DNA of 63,978 nucleotides, counting the filler, from Rhabdomonas costata (taxonomy: Eukaryota): the NCBI GenBank assembly GCA_019059605.1. It is 24 parts of 24 records of this genome, joined end to end, with 100 filler letters (N's around TTAATTAATTAA, not from the genome) between each part and the next. Parts side by side here need not be neighbours in the genome. Positions count along the whole stretch, not along the records: positions 10,679 to 13,249 come from JAHMHO010002809.1; positions 13,350 to 15,919 come from JAHMHO010002810.1; positions 16,020 to 18,590 come from JAHMHO010002811.1; positions 18,691 to 21,261 come from JAHMHO010002812.1; positions 21,362 to 23,933 come from JAHMHO010002813.1; 19 more parts are not named here. The stretch is one strand, 5' to 3'. Position numbers and translations under genes: made by a program. Below are positions 12,896 through 23,600 of the stretch, in pieces (the first letter of the stretch is position 1; every line of letters starts with the position of its first letter). The notes below the pieces were generated by a model. The model saw only the letters and a program-made list of their open reading frames with translations. It did not search any database and had not been told where the DNA came from.

Positions 12896-13742
12896 CTGGA
12901 AAAGAAAAATAAGACAAGAATCCACATCTGTCATTGCTTCTGTCATCGCTCCGGAGCGCATCGACTTTTTTTTTTGGCATTATTAGGTATTAGCTCATTT
13001 TCCTTTCTTTTTGGCACCCCCCGCACAATTGGGTTGTTCTGCATCATGGAGGAAGCGTCCAAAGTCTCTCTATCCCAACCAGCTTCTGAGATTGCATGGG
13101 GATGAAGAGAAGAACAAGGTGTGGTGCAACCGGCCATTCACTGGCAACAGACGGAAAGAAAATATATTCCAGGATAACAAAGGTTAGGTGTGCGATGACG
13201 CACTTACACTTGATGGTCATGGTTTGGCAATGCGGAAGGTTTGACGCCCNNNNNNNNNNNNNNNNNNNNNNNNNNNNNNNNNNNNNNNNNNNNTTAATTA
13301 ATTAANNNNNNNNNNNNNNNNNNNNNNNNNNNNNNNNNNNNNNNNNNNNGTTTTTGGGTGTGGAACCCCGAGGAAGTCTTTTGGGAGGAGAGGTATTACG
13401 AGGTGCTGGTCGCCCGAAACCCAGACTGGGTCCTTGTTGAACAGGTAGAGTAGCATACATGGGCCTGCAACAATGTTCAGCTGTAATTGATATCTAAGTT
13501 TTGTATTAAGTTAGAAGGTGATGATGCTGGCACACATCCTGGGGTGGGGCGACGCCGCAGCGGCATCTTTGTGCGAAAATAATGGGCGCAAGTGGCACAG
13601 GATTTTTCTGTAAAATCATCGTTCTCAATGCTCGCCTTCCATATCAACGAGGATCGTGCTTTAGTAGAGTACAAGTTTTTTCTCTCACTCAATTTTTAGC
13701 GTCAACTCCTTTCGGAGCCCACCCACGCTGGCCCTCAACCAG

Positions 13743-15190
13743 CTTCCCGTGGGCCTGCGCTGGCTCTCCGTGAGCAAGAACATACTGTCAGCAAGCATCG
13801 ACTTCACCGCGCTCTCCCCTAACCTGGTCACCCTGGATCTCAGCCACAACCTTTTCTCGGGCGTGGCCAACCTCACCGCCCTTCCCCGGAGCCTCACCGC
13901 ACTGCACTTGGACTACAACAGGTGCGGTCTCACCTATCCCGCCTCCACGTTCTCTTCGGAATCCTGTTCCCTTGAATCCTTCCTCGCGCTTTTCCTGCTT
14001 GTCACTTTTGCAGGACCCTTTAAAACACCAGTGCTCTGTGAGCAGCGAGCCGTTAGACGGCTCTGCCCTTTAGCTCCCTCTCCACCTGCCTGTTTTTGCC
14101 CGCTTCTTGCCCTCTCTCCATACACATGTACCAGGGAGATCCCGCGGGTTCGGTTTCTACCTCCCCACCTGTAATTTTTCCTGATAACATGCTCATTCGT
14201 GCAAGGTGATGTGCCATTTTTGCCTGGACCCGCGTCGCTGTGCGGCTTTTTCTTACCTCTGTTGTTCGACCCTTCACAGTTCATCTCTCACGTGCGCTCT
14301 GTCAAACACCCTTAGTGTGGCCGAAACTTGTGTTGTCCGTCAGGAAAGTTCAGTCGGGCAAGATTATGTTCGCCGTCCTTGTCCCGCTCCTCCTTCATTT
14401 GGGGTTAGTCTTAGCGTTGCTGAATCTGCATTGACTGACGGAGATGTGCATGTCTACCCCATTGCCCTCAGCTTTTCCCAGACCAACCTGGAGCTCAGGT
14501 CTCTGCCCAGCTCCTTGACCACCCTTACCGGTGCGCACAACCTCTGGGATGGAGCCTTGGACCTCAGTGCGGCGCCGGCGCTGTACACAGTGGACCTCTC
14601 GTACTGCAGGTCTTATCAAAGTTGAGTGCAAGTGCGTGAGTGACTGTGTGTGTGTGTGTCCCAGCAGCTATCCCACGGAACGGTTTCGCCACGGAACGAG
14701 ACTCCATGTAAGCGTGCCAAAGCAAATTGTCCCCATCCAGGTACCTGCTGGCCCGGGGCCAGAGTTGCCTTCAGCCTAGTGTCGAATGTAGACAAGCGTT
14801 TTAGACCGTGATATTTATTCGAGCCGACTTCGGTGCCTGACAGTGTCCGAGCCAGTGTTTACCTTTTACCCCTTAAGCACACACACACATACCCTCACCC
14901 CAATGCCCGTCGTGTCGTTCAGCACCGCCGTGAACGCACCAACAACACCAAAACAGGTGTGCAGAACTTGAAGCACAAGTACACGCCACAGCACACCGCG
15001 CCACGGCGCTTTCTGTGTGTGGTGCAAATGTATTAATTTCCCTTGATTGATTCCCTCAGATTCACCAGACTAATCCTGTCGACGGCGATTCTGCAGAGTG
15101 GTATGGGGATGACGATCAACCTGGTGGGCAACCCCTTCTCATGCCCCTTGCCCCCGGTCTCGATAGCCGTGAAGGTCAGCAGCTGCCAAG
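13743..15190 (+). CDS. Leucine-rich repeat protein, partial; exons 13743-13921, 14472-14609, 15060-15190
   Basis: LxxLxLxxN repeats (LVTLDLSHNLFSG, LPRSLTALHLDYN, LPSSLTTLTGAHN) and a C-cap GNPFSCPLP. Introns are GT-AG and in phase. Confidence 0.85.
14891..14987 (+). repeat. Interspersed repeat of about 100 bp, copy 1 (in LRR gene intron)
   Basis: Shares ACCCTCACCC.AATGCCCGTCGTGTCGT.CAGCAC, CCGTGAACGC, AAACAGGTG.GCAGAAC and AGCACAAG.ACACGCC in the same order with 63873-63976. Confidence 0.8.
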
Positions 15191-16044
15191 GTTTGTGTGT
15201 GAGATGGGGTGTGTTCAGGTGCATTTTTTCCAGGCAAGCCCAGTGAGTGTAATTGTTGAGGTGTTTCTCAAAGCTTCCGCCCCACAAGAAGTTGCTTTCC
15301 CGGCGATCGGTGTCGGGATTGTTGAGAACGGAATGTGGGGACACCTCGGAAAACGGTACGGTGCAACCCTACAAACACAGGGCCACACTTATGGTTCCCA
15401 GTCTGGCCCCCCTACCCCTGGCTCAAATCGGTGCTGTTGAAATCCTTTCGCTGGAAACCACTGGAGCACAGTTGATTTTCTGGCTGACATTTCCAGAAAC
15501 ATCGGCAAACCTTCCGAGACCGGTCCCGTAGGAAGTATCTGTACATTTCTTTCGCAGGGGGTATAGGGAGATGCCAGCCCCGTGCTAATCCATGCATGAC
15601 GGTTTTCTGTCGGTTTTCCGTGGGTTCTGCTGGATTGTATGAAAAATTAGTCGCGAGCCGGCACCTGAGTCCTGTCAGACCCCCTGATCCACTCACACCA
15701 CCCCGTTCTCCCCGTTTACCCTTCCCATTCACGGAACCTTCTCTATATTGGCTGTATCTCGCTGTTGCGCGAAAAATCGTTTTTCTGGTGCTGTCTACAC
15801 GCCTCGATCACCACCTGATTTTCTACCACTACCATCTCCACCTCCTCGTCGCCCTTTCCCTCCCTTTCCCAAAGCACCAAACAGGGCCTTTTGTACCCCC
15901 CCCCCCAAACACACCACACNNNNNNNNNNNNNNNNNNNNNNNNNNNNNNNNNNNNNNNNNNNNTTAATTAATTAANNNNNNNNNNNNNNNNNNNNNNNNN
16001 NNNNNNNNNNNNNNNNNNNTGTTGTTGGTTTGTCGGCAGCGGCA

Positions 16045-16190
16045 CAGAGGCCAGCTGATTTGCTAATATCAAATTGGGTCTCCGGGGACGACGCAGCGAT
16101 TGATCCTACTATTTTGCACAGCCTGAACCCATCGCATCCTTGGGATCCCCACCATGCCGCTGCCGACAAAGCAGAAACCACCAAAGCACC
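16045..16190 (+). mobile_element. Restriction-like endonuclease segment of the same retroelement, in inverted orientation
   Basis: QRPADLLISNWVSGDDAAIDPTILHSL...AADKAETTK matches the RPAD...D-x-T...AExxK core of CRE-type RLE domains. Confidence 0.75.
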
Positions 16191-16560
16191 CTGTCGGTTC
16201 TCTACCTGCTCCTCCGTTTTGACCTGGAGACCTGTACTGACTGCAATAGCCTCGATGGCCGCGCAGAAGGCGTTGTGCCGTTTCCAAGCTCCCCTTGCCG
16301 GCAAGAGACAAGATGGTCACCAAGAGTGTCCAAAGGCTGTCCACACGGGTCACAGGGCTTTCCCGCTGCTGCTGCTGGGAGAAGAGGAAGACCCAGATGA
16401 AAATGGGTTAGCAGCAGGCCGTTACCAAAGTGAAAACCAAGGTTCGCATTGGGTGGAACATCTAGCCAGGCACCATGCGAGAAGAGCTGGTCTTTGTTGA
16501 CTCGGTCCGGAGTCGGAAGTGAGAGTTGAGCAAGCCATTGAGACAAAATAGGTGACTGGA
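16191..16560 (-). mobile_element. Degenerate non-LTR retrotransposon C-terminus, CRE-like RLE clade, frameshifted
   Basis: GAWLDVPPNANLG...HLGLP, zinc knuckle CDPCGQPLDTLGDHLVSC, then after a frameshift near 16295 WKRHNAFC...GLQVKTEEQV. This is the layout preceding the RLE endonuclease in CRE-type elements. The upstream limit is approximate. Confidence 0.75.
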
Positions 16561-16994
16561 TTTGATTGCAAAGCTCTCGAGCTGCAGCAAAGCGCGTCTT
16601 GTGGGAGGGCTGTCTCGCCGTCGGTCGGGAGAGAACGCGCCTGAGAAATCCGCAAGGCTGGATGACGCAGCGCTGTAGGTCTGCACTGGGACCTGAATTA
16701 CAAAGCCTGTTGCCAGGCCAACTGCCACATTTTACGTCCCTTTTCTCTCCTGTCCTCTCACATGCATCACCCTTGTGCGCGCACGAGATCCGAGTCACTG
16801 AAACGGAAAATGGTCTGTGGACCTGTCAGCAGATATTCTTGCGCCAATCTTTCTTGATGTACCGGTGATGTACCGGTTGCGACAGAATCTTTCCCATGTT
16901 CTCTACTTGAGCTGTGACAGGGCTCTTTTAGTTGGTTGAAAAGCTGCCCCGTTGGTTTTTCTCGTCTTGCTTTTTGGACAGCGTTTCCTTGAAA

Positions 16995-18413
16995 ATGCCT
17001 GTTGCTAGTGGTAGCACCACTCAATTTGCCCATGGTAGTGGCGAGAGCCTGCCATACGTCGTGAACTCTATCATGGAGGATGCCACCAAACCCCCTGCTT
17101 TGGACGATCCAAGGCAACTTACTTTTCCTCTCAAGCTTGTGATGATTGCAGTCAGGATCTTTTTCACAGTCGGACCCGCCGTCGCCCTGCTCTTGGTGTC
17201 ATGGAATGTGGGCAGCAATGGCATCAATAGCATTCATAGTCAGGGTCAGAGCTCCGTTGAGGTCTGCCTCTACCTCTACCTCTGGGACTGGGGTGCTTTC
17301 CTTCAAAATTGTTTTCACCAATCTGCACCACCAGTTGGAAGTTGTTCAAAGTTCAATGTTATGACCGTGGCAAAAGGCGGACAAAAAAATCTTCCTTAAA
17401 AACTGGCTTGATTGGCTCGCAGTGGCCTTCACCCCTCTTACGTTCACATCTTCAGGCGGTGACAGTGAAGCTGTGCAGCCTCGTGACGTCGGCAACCCAG
17501 GACGCATTTTTTCAGCTGGTTAGGCCCACAGAAGACGTGATTTTGGCCGAGTCATACCGGCTGAGTAGCGGTGGCATGATTGGCCTCACAGGGCCGACTG
17601 CCGTGCTCAACTACAGCAGGATTGTGTCGACGCTTAGCTTGCCGTCTGACTTACTTGCTAATCCCTACCTCTCGATGATCAGCTACAACCTTCTGTTCCC
17701 TCCTTTGAGGTGTTCGGGTCTCCGGGTTTTGCGTTTCGGTGAACCTGATTCCGTTGAATTTCCGTTCACGTTGCATCTTTCACCCTCTGACTCTTTCCTC
17801 TCCCTACATTCCTCCCTCCCTCCCTTCCTTCCTTCCTTCCTTCCCTCCTTCCTTTCTGGACAACCTCCTGATATTTGAACAAGCGGAAAAGACCTCGTGT
17901 TTGCAAGTGCATCTGCCGTCCAGCGATATTATGCGCAATCTCCAAGTTTTGGGCGTCGTTTCGGCAGATTTCCTGTATAGGAATACCTTGAAACACCGTT
18001 TTCCGCTTGCTTTTTGAGGTTTTTGCGTTCCTTTCTGTCTTTCTTCCTTCCTTGCTGTGCGCAAATCGAAATCGAAATCGAATCCGTGATATTTCGTTCT
18101 TGCGTTTGCTTTGGTGACGGTCCTGTTATAATGTGTGCGCAGGCCTCCCGAGCACGGGTTTACCCACATGAAGCAATGGACCACCTTTGCTAGGCTGGAC
18201 ATCGGCGTCGGGGGGGAGAGTCATCATCCCACCATTTACATGGCGGAAAGCACTGTGAACGAGTTCCAGAATGCCAGTCTCCTGGCGTACTCCCACTTGG
18301 ATCAGGGAAATGGAATGTCACTGTTTCAGCAGGTTTCTCAGCAGCTGCTTCCCTTGGACCTGAGCTCGGCGGACATATCCAAACCCGAATACTTTTCCTG
18401 GCAGAATGAGTTG
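16995..18413 (+). CDS. Membrane protein N-terminus, possibly a receptor-type cyclase ectodomain; exons 16995-17261, 17456-17709, 18143-18413
   Basis: Three open exons with in-phase GT-AG joins and one hydrophobic helix (LVMIAVRIFFTVGPAVALLLVSW). The function is inferred only. Confidence 0.55.
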
Positions 18414-18949
18414 GTTTGTGATGCCCTTCTGCTCATTTAACCTGTGCTCTTCACCGCCGGGGCACCTCGCGAAGTGGCTTAACCACACGTCATCATGCAA
18501 AAACCCGCAAAACTCTCAATCTCTTCAGTCGTTATTATGAGCTTGCAGCCTGGGGGGAGTTTGTATATTTTCCATAACCTGATATTCTCANNNNNNNNNN
18601 NNNNNNNNNNNNNNNNNNNNNNNNNNNNNNNNNNTTAATTAATTAANNNNNNNNNNNNNNNNNNNNNNNNNNNNNNNNNNNNNNNNNNNNTGTTGGGTGG
18701 ACCATTGTCATTGCCATGTGTACGACTTGGTTAGCTCATCTCAGTGGCCGACGTTTGCTGACCTCAGGAGTAATGATATTTATTCTCCCTCTGTTAAAGC
18801 TTCCGTTGGACTGGCACTCGGGAGTATCTCTCAACATTGGGAGAGCCTTTCTGACGTGCTGCTGCTCCTCCAGAATTCTCAACACAACGGCATACTTTCT
18901 TCCGGCAACCTGTGTGCGTATGTGTGTGTTCGCGGGCCCATCTCCGTAG

Positions 18950-19585
18950 GTGTGAAGGGTCGAAAGCTTCCTGTCACGGTGACCCTCTACAGCATCTACG
19001 ACACGGAAGGGGCGGCTGCAGGCTCTTCTACCTCCAGTATGTCACATAGGGATCCTAATCCCTCGCCAACTCCTCGTTTCCAGGAGACGGGACGAGTACT
19101 CTTCCTTTCAGTTCTTAGTCTGCTTCATGTTCTTCTGCCGTCTGGCGTTGTCGTTGCGTAAACCATAAACTCTTGATTAACCACTTGTTCCATTGTTCCA
19201 CTGTTTGACATTGGTGGTTTGAGTCCCCCGGATGTCGTTTATAGTCCACTTGTTTCGGTTCTCTTCTCTCTTACTCCGATGCTACCACTGTGGGCTCCTC
19301 TCTTGACCCAAAGGCTGTGACGTGCTGGTCTTCCCGCACCGCCGGCTGCTCCGTGGAGTCACCGAGGCTACGGTGCCTAAGCTGCTGGAGGTCCTGCAGG
19401 CGGCCTGCGGCAGCGCAAGCTCTGCCTCTGCCACTCCCTTTCTGCCGCCGGGGACCTGGGCGGGGCTGTCCGCGGGCACCCCAGGGCTCACCGTGAGCCC
19501 CTTGGAGGGCCACTACGTCTTCATCTGCTGCCACAAGAACCGCGACGGGCGCTGCGGGTACTGCGGCACCCTTCTGGTGCACGAG
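18950..19585 (+). CDS. Sucrase/ferredoxin-like thioredoxin-fold 2Fe-2S protein (Apd1/Aim32 family), partial; exons ~18950-19036, 19314-19585
   Basis: DVLVFP...HYVFICCHKNRDGRCGYCGTLL is the C-x-H-x-x-RD-x-RCG family signature. The C-terminal H-x-GGH exon is absent from this fragment. Confidence 0.85.
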
Positions 19586-19645
19586 GTGGGGGCTTACGTC
19601 TGTTTGCGTCTGCGTGGCTCGTGCTCGTGAAACCCTGGGAAGTAC

Positions 19646-20698
19646 CTGTGGGGCTTGAGACTAGGAGTCTCCGGGATCTGTGGTCGTTGAAGTGGTGTCC
19701 GGGGATGCAGTGGTGATGGAAGGAAAACTGTCCTCTTGGCTATGGCATTCTGGTCGACCTAAGGACAAGGAACCCTGCCTTTGAATCAGTGATATGGACC
19801 ACAAAAGGTGACCGACTGAGGGGCGAGGGGGTAGGGCGGCATAAACCTGGCGGTGGGTGTTGTGCAGGGCCTGTGCGCTGGGGTCCGCAAAGATACGGGT
19901 ATCCAGAGTGCGGTCGTAGCTCCTCGCGCTCTGCTGGCGAGCCTTGGACATGGGGTGCAACGGAGGCTGCCCCTCTGCACCAATCACACACCATGGAAGC
20001 ATGTTTTTTATTCTCATTGCCAAGAACGCAAGGATGAAACGAAATATATGCAAGCAAAAAACCCTCCAATATTATTCCTCACACAAGGGACGTTGGGTAC
20101 ACTGAGGTCATTCCATGTTTAGGCATTCAGGGACCCCGGTGACCCAAGTGTCCCTGATCCAGGGTGAAGTGCGGCCAAAGGTGCGCGCATAAAAACTCTG
20201 ATATTCAAGCGCAGTCGAGTGAAGCGAGGGTTCTGTTGGGCGTAGACGAGGTACAACAGGACTTTGGACCTTGCCCATTGTTTCAAATGCTTTCCGCTTC
20301 CCCGCGCCAATACTTTCAGATTACCACCTGTTTGAAGGCGGGCTATGAAAGCACCGGTGATGCAGTAAACCGGATTATGAGCTGCATGCGAGCAATCCCC
20401 CTCCCACACCCAGAAAGTGCAGATATCCGCACATAATTGCGGAGTTGTGGTCAGTCCTGAGGTTTTCCTAATGAAGGGTGACACAAACCAAAAGGGGACC
20501 CCTTTAGCGGGCCAGCTTCATTCTACGCACATGGGCAAACCGTTCGGGTCGGGACAGTCCTCCGAGCTGCACAACGACTCAGGCCCATTGCGAGCCTGGA
20601 TGTGGCGCATCCGCCGCCATGCCAGCGCCGCGCAGCTGGTGTTCTCGTCGGCGGGGGTGAAGCAGGCCGGAAGCTTGCTCTCAGTGGGCTTCCACGGC
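19646..20698 (-). CDS. Hypothetical protein exons (20698-20532, ~19943-19848, 19739-19646)
   Basis: Open GC-rich blocks bounded by AG and GT (PWKPTESKLPACFTPADEN..., ARQQSARSYDRTLDTRIFADP...). No recognisable domain. Confidence 0.45.
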
Positions 20699-23600
20699 CT
20701 GCAAAACAGAATGAGCGAAGTTTATAAAAAGACGAAGACAACCTAGCAGGAAACATGTAGATTTTCCTGCCCACCATTCCCATTACAGTTTCTTTCCAGC
20801 CCACTTTGTGGTGAACCAGCTTCTTTCTTTTCTCTACTTGCGATTCTTTTCTTTTCCTTTCTTGCATTTTTCTGAGCATCCTGTCAGTTTCGGCTTTCTC
20901 GTGTTCATCAGCTACATTTCTTTTCTTCATGGCGGAATCGACGGACTGCAAAAGAGCACACGTCGTTGTGCAGCTGAATGAGTGCAGATTACTTCGGAAC
21001 AAGTTTGGCCAACTCGCAACAATAACGCGCAAAATGAGGGCGACAGAAAAAATAGTACCTTTTCGCGGTCTGCACCTCTCTGGGCATCTTCGACAGTGGC
21101 ACAACAAAAACACTGACAGGAAAAAGCCCCAAGAGTGGGTACGCATTGGCGGAGCCCATCCATGGCAACAATATTGAAGAATAGAATGGGTAAGTAAAGG
21201 GCGTAGGCACCGTAGGCATGCGCCACTTCGATCCGCACGCTCATTGAGTCACCACCAACCCNNNNNNNNNNNNNNNNNNNNNNNNNNNNNNNNNNNNNNN
21301 NNNNNTTAATTAATTAANNNNNNNNNNNNNNNNNNNNNNNNNNNNNNNNNNNNNNNNNNNNGCCACCCCGCAGTCGTGTGTTTGCTTACCCATGTAGCTT
21401 GATTGGTGTGACTTGGTGAGGGTGTCCGGTGGTTCATGAAGCGTTGGTGAGTCGGCGACGCGGGTTCGGATTCGGTGAGCGTGACTTGGTAAGGGTATCG
21501 TGGGTATGGTTTGGCTTGTATCTGTTGGTGGTGAGGGTGCTGGACGTGTATCTGTGTGTGAAGGTGAGGGTGTTGGTCGTCGTTCATGCGTAGATGCTGG
21601 GTAGGTATGGGGTTCTGTGTTCGTGCGGCAACGCTTCTTAGTCAACCATGTCGATTTCGCTTTCCCATCTCACTGGTTTCTCGTTGTGTGGGCTTCCTGG
21701 TGGTCAAGGGCTTCAAGGGTACGGTGTCTTTCGTCGAGAGGAGTGGAGGTGATTGGATAGAAGACCTAGGGGGACTGTGTGACCAAGCAAGAGGCGCTAC
21801 CCGCAACAGAGGCGCTACGACCTAGGAAACGACACCAACACGAGTACACACGACAAGCTGAGATCCCACGTAGGAAACAAAGAAATGAAATGTGGAGTAC
21901 TTCGTGGAAGGCCGCTGGTAACAGTTGAGCTAAGGCTATGCATGAACGCCACAGGTTGGTCAAGTGCAGGTGCTGAGGTGAGGTTGAGTTGGCATGGGGC
22001 GAGTCATGGGCGTACCTCACAGGTTGTCACATGTTCATGACCCCATGTATCCAGAGACACAACACCGTAGTAAATACGCGTGTACATCAACGTAGGGGCT
22101 CAGTTACCCTGTTAGTAGTGTATCCGTGTGTACTAGGGTGTAGGGCGTAGGGTGAATGTCACCATGGTTAGGCTGCCGATGCACAGTGTGGTACACCATG
22201 GTGGTTGTAGCCTGTTCCTATCCCTTCACTCAGAGGTGGAGGTGGTGGTGTGGCATGTCCTAAGGTAGCACCTCATGTGGAAGGAGTGGTTAGCCTACCG
22301 TAGGATGTGTTGTACCCTCCCCTCATCCGGTGGTGGTGTCAGGGCGGTGGTAGCGTTCCTCCAACCCACTCACCAACCCTTAGTAGTACCGTACCGTATA
22401 CCTTACGTGTGTACGTTATGTCATCCTAAGGCAGTAGTAGTGGTGGTGGCGTGAAGTCATTGTCGCTCTGATGCCATCGGTGGTCATGGCGTGGTACCCT
22501 GGTCGCGGGAACGCACCTACCGGGTGATGCCAAGACCCCAATGGGAGGGTTGATGCGTAGTGGAGGTCGCCGAGACTGACATGACCGTTGATGTTCCTCT
22601 CTTGATGTCCTGGTCTCACCTCACGGCATTATTCACACAACCATGGTCGTCACCACCACCCCCCTTCTGTCCACGTGACATGTTGGTAGGGTTGGTGCTG
22701 AGGGCTGCCAGGATCCACGTCATGCTCTGTATCAAGGGCATCACCACACCCAGCGATGTCAGTTGGAAGGTGGGAAGGTCCAGCGGAGCCCAGCATGCAA
22801 CGTGAGAGGGTGAATGCTACCGACCCTAACCCTGATGTCGTGGAGTGAGGGATGTTGGTGCGTAGGGACAGGGATGATGGCTGATGTCATGCTGCCTGTG
22901 AGACCGACTACGCAAGATGCCAACCCCTGGTGTGGTGAAGAGTGGCTGCAGGAGGGCCGCTCAGAGGAAAGGGAGATGCCCAGAGCGTATTCCTGATCCT
23001 GATGCCACCTGCTGTCTCTGAGGGAGGAATAGAGTGAGACCGATGCGTAGGAATGATGCCCTCAGTGTGGCAAAGCCGCTACCAAGATGTCTCAGATGAA
23101 CCCAAACCTTCAACTGAGCATCTTCACCACGGCTACGCCCGGTCGGAACGAACATGCTGGGACCCGTGAGGGGACCATCATGAGAGTGGAGAGACAATCA
23201 ATGGAGGAGGGACGCGAAGCGGACCGACCAGTTGATGTTTCTTGGTCGCATCTTCGCATACGCTCAGATGCTCCACTCTTACTTCTTTACGCTTCGTCAC
23301 TCCCTACGGTCGTTCCTCGCTCCTATCCCCATTCGCTACGCGCTCATGGGGCCCCTAACCCTCCGGGGGGTGATGCTGCTCACTGCGTCCTCGCTGCGCT
23401 CGTCCTACGCTCGTAATGTGTCATGAAGAAAGGGTCGCATGCTCGGTTCCTCGCATGCTCCAATAGGGTGATGTTTGAGGGAGCGTAGCGACCGAGTGAT
23501 GAGTTCTACTACGCATGCTCGGTCCCTCGCATGCTACGTGACCAAGAGAAAGGATAGACGACTGAAACGCGAAACCCCACCACTGACCCTCACCCTCACC

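Noticed and set aside
19022..19027. GC donor in the ferredoxin-like gene
   Set aside because: A canonical GTATGT donor in the same phase lies at 19037.
23385..23412. Similarity to the ColE1/pUC GCTCACTGACTCGCTGCGCTCG region
   Set aside because: Short and gapped, with no other vector sequence nearby.
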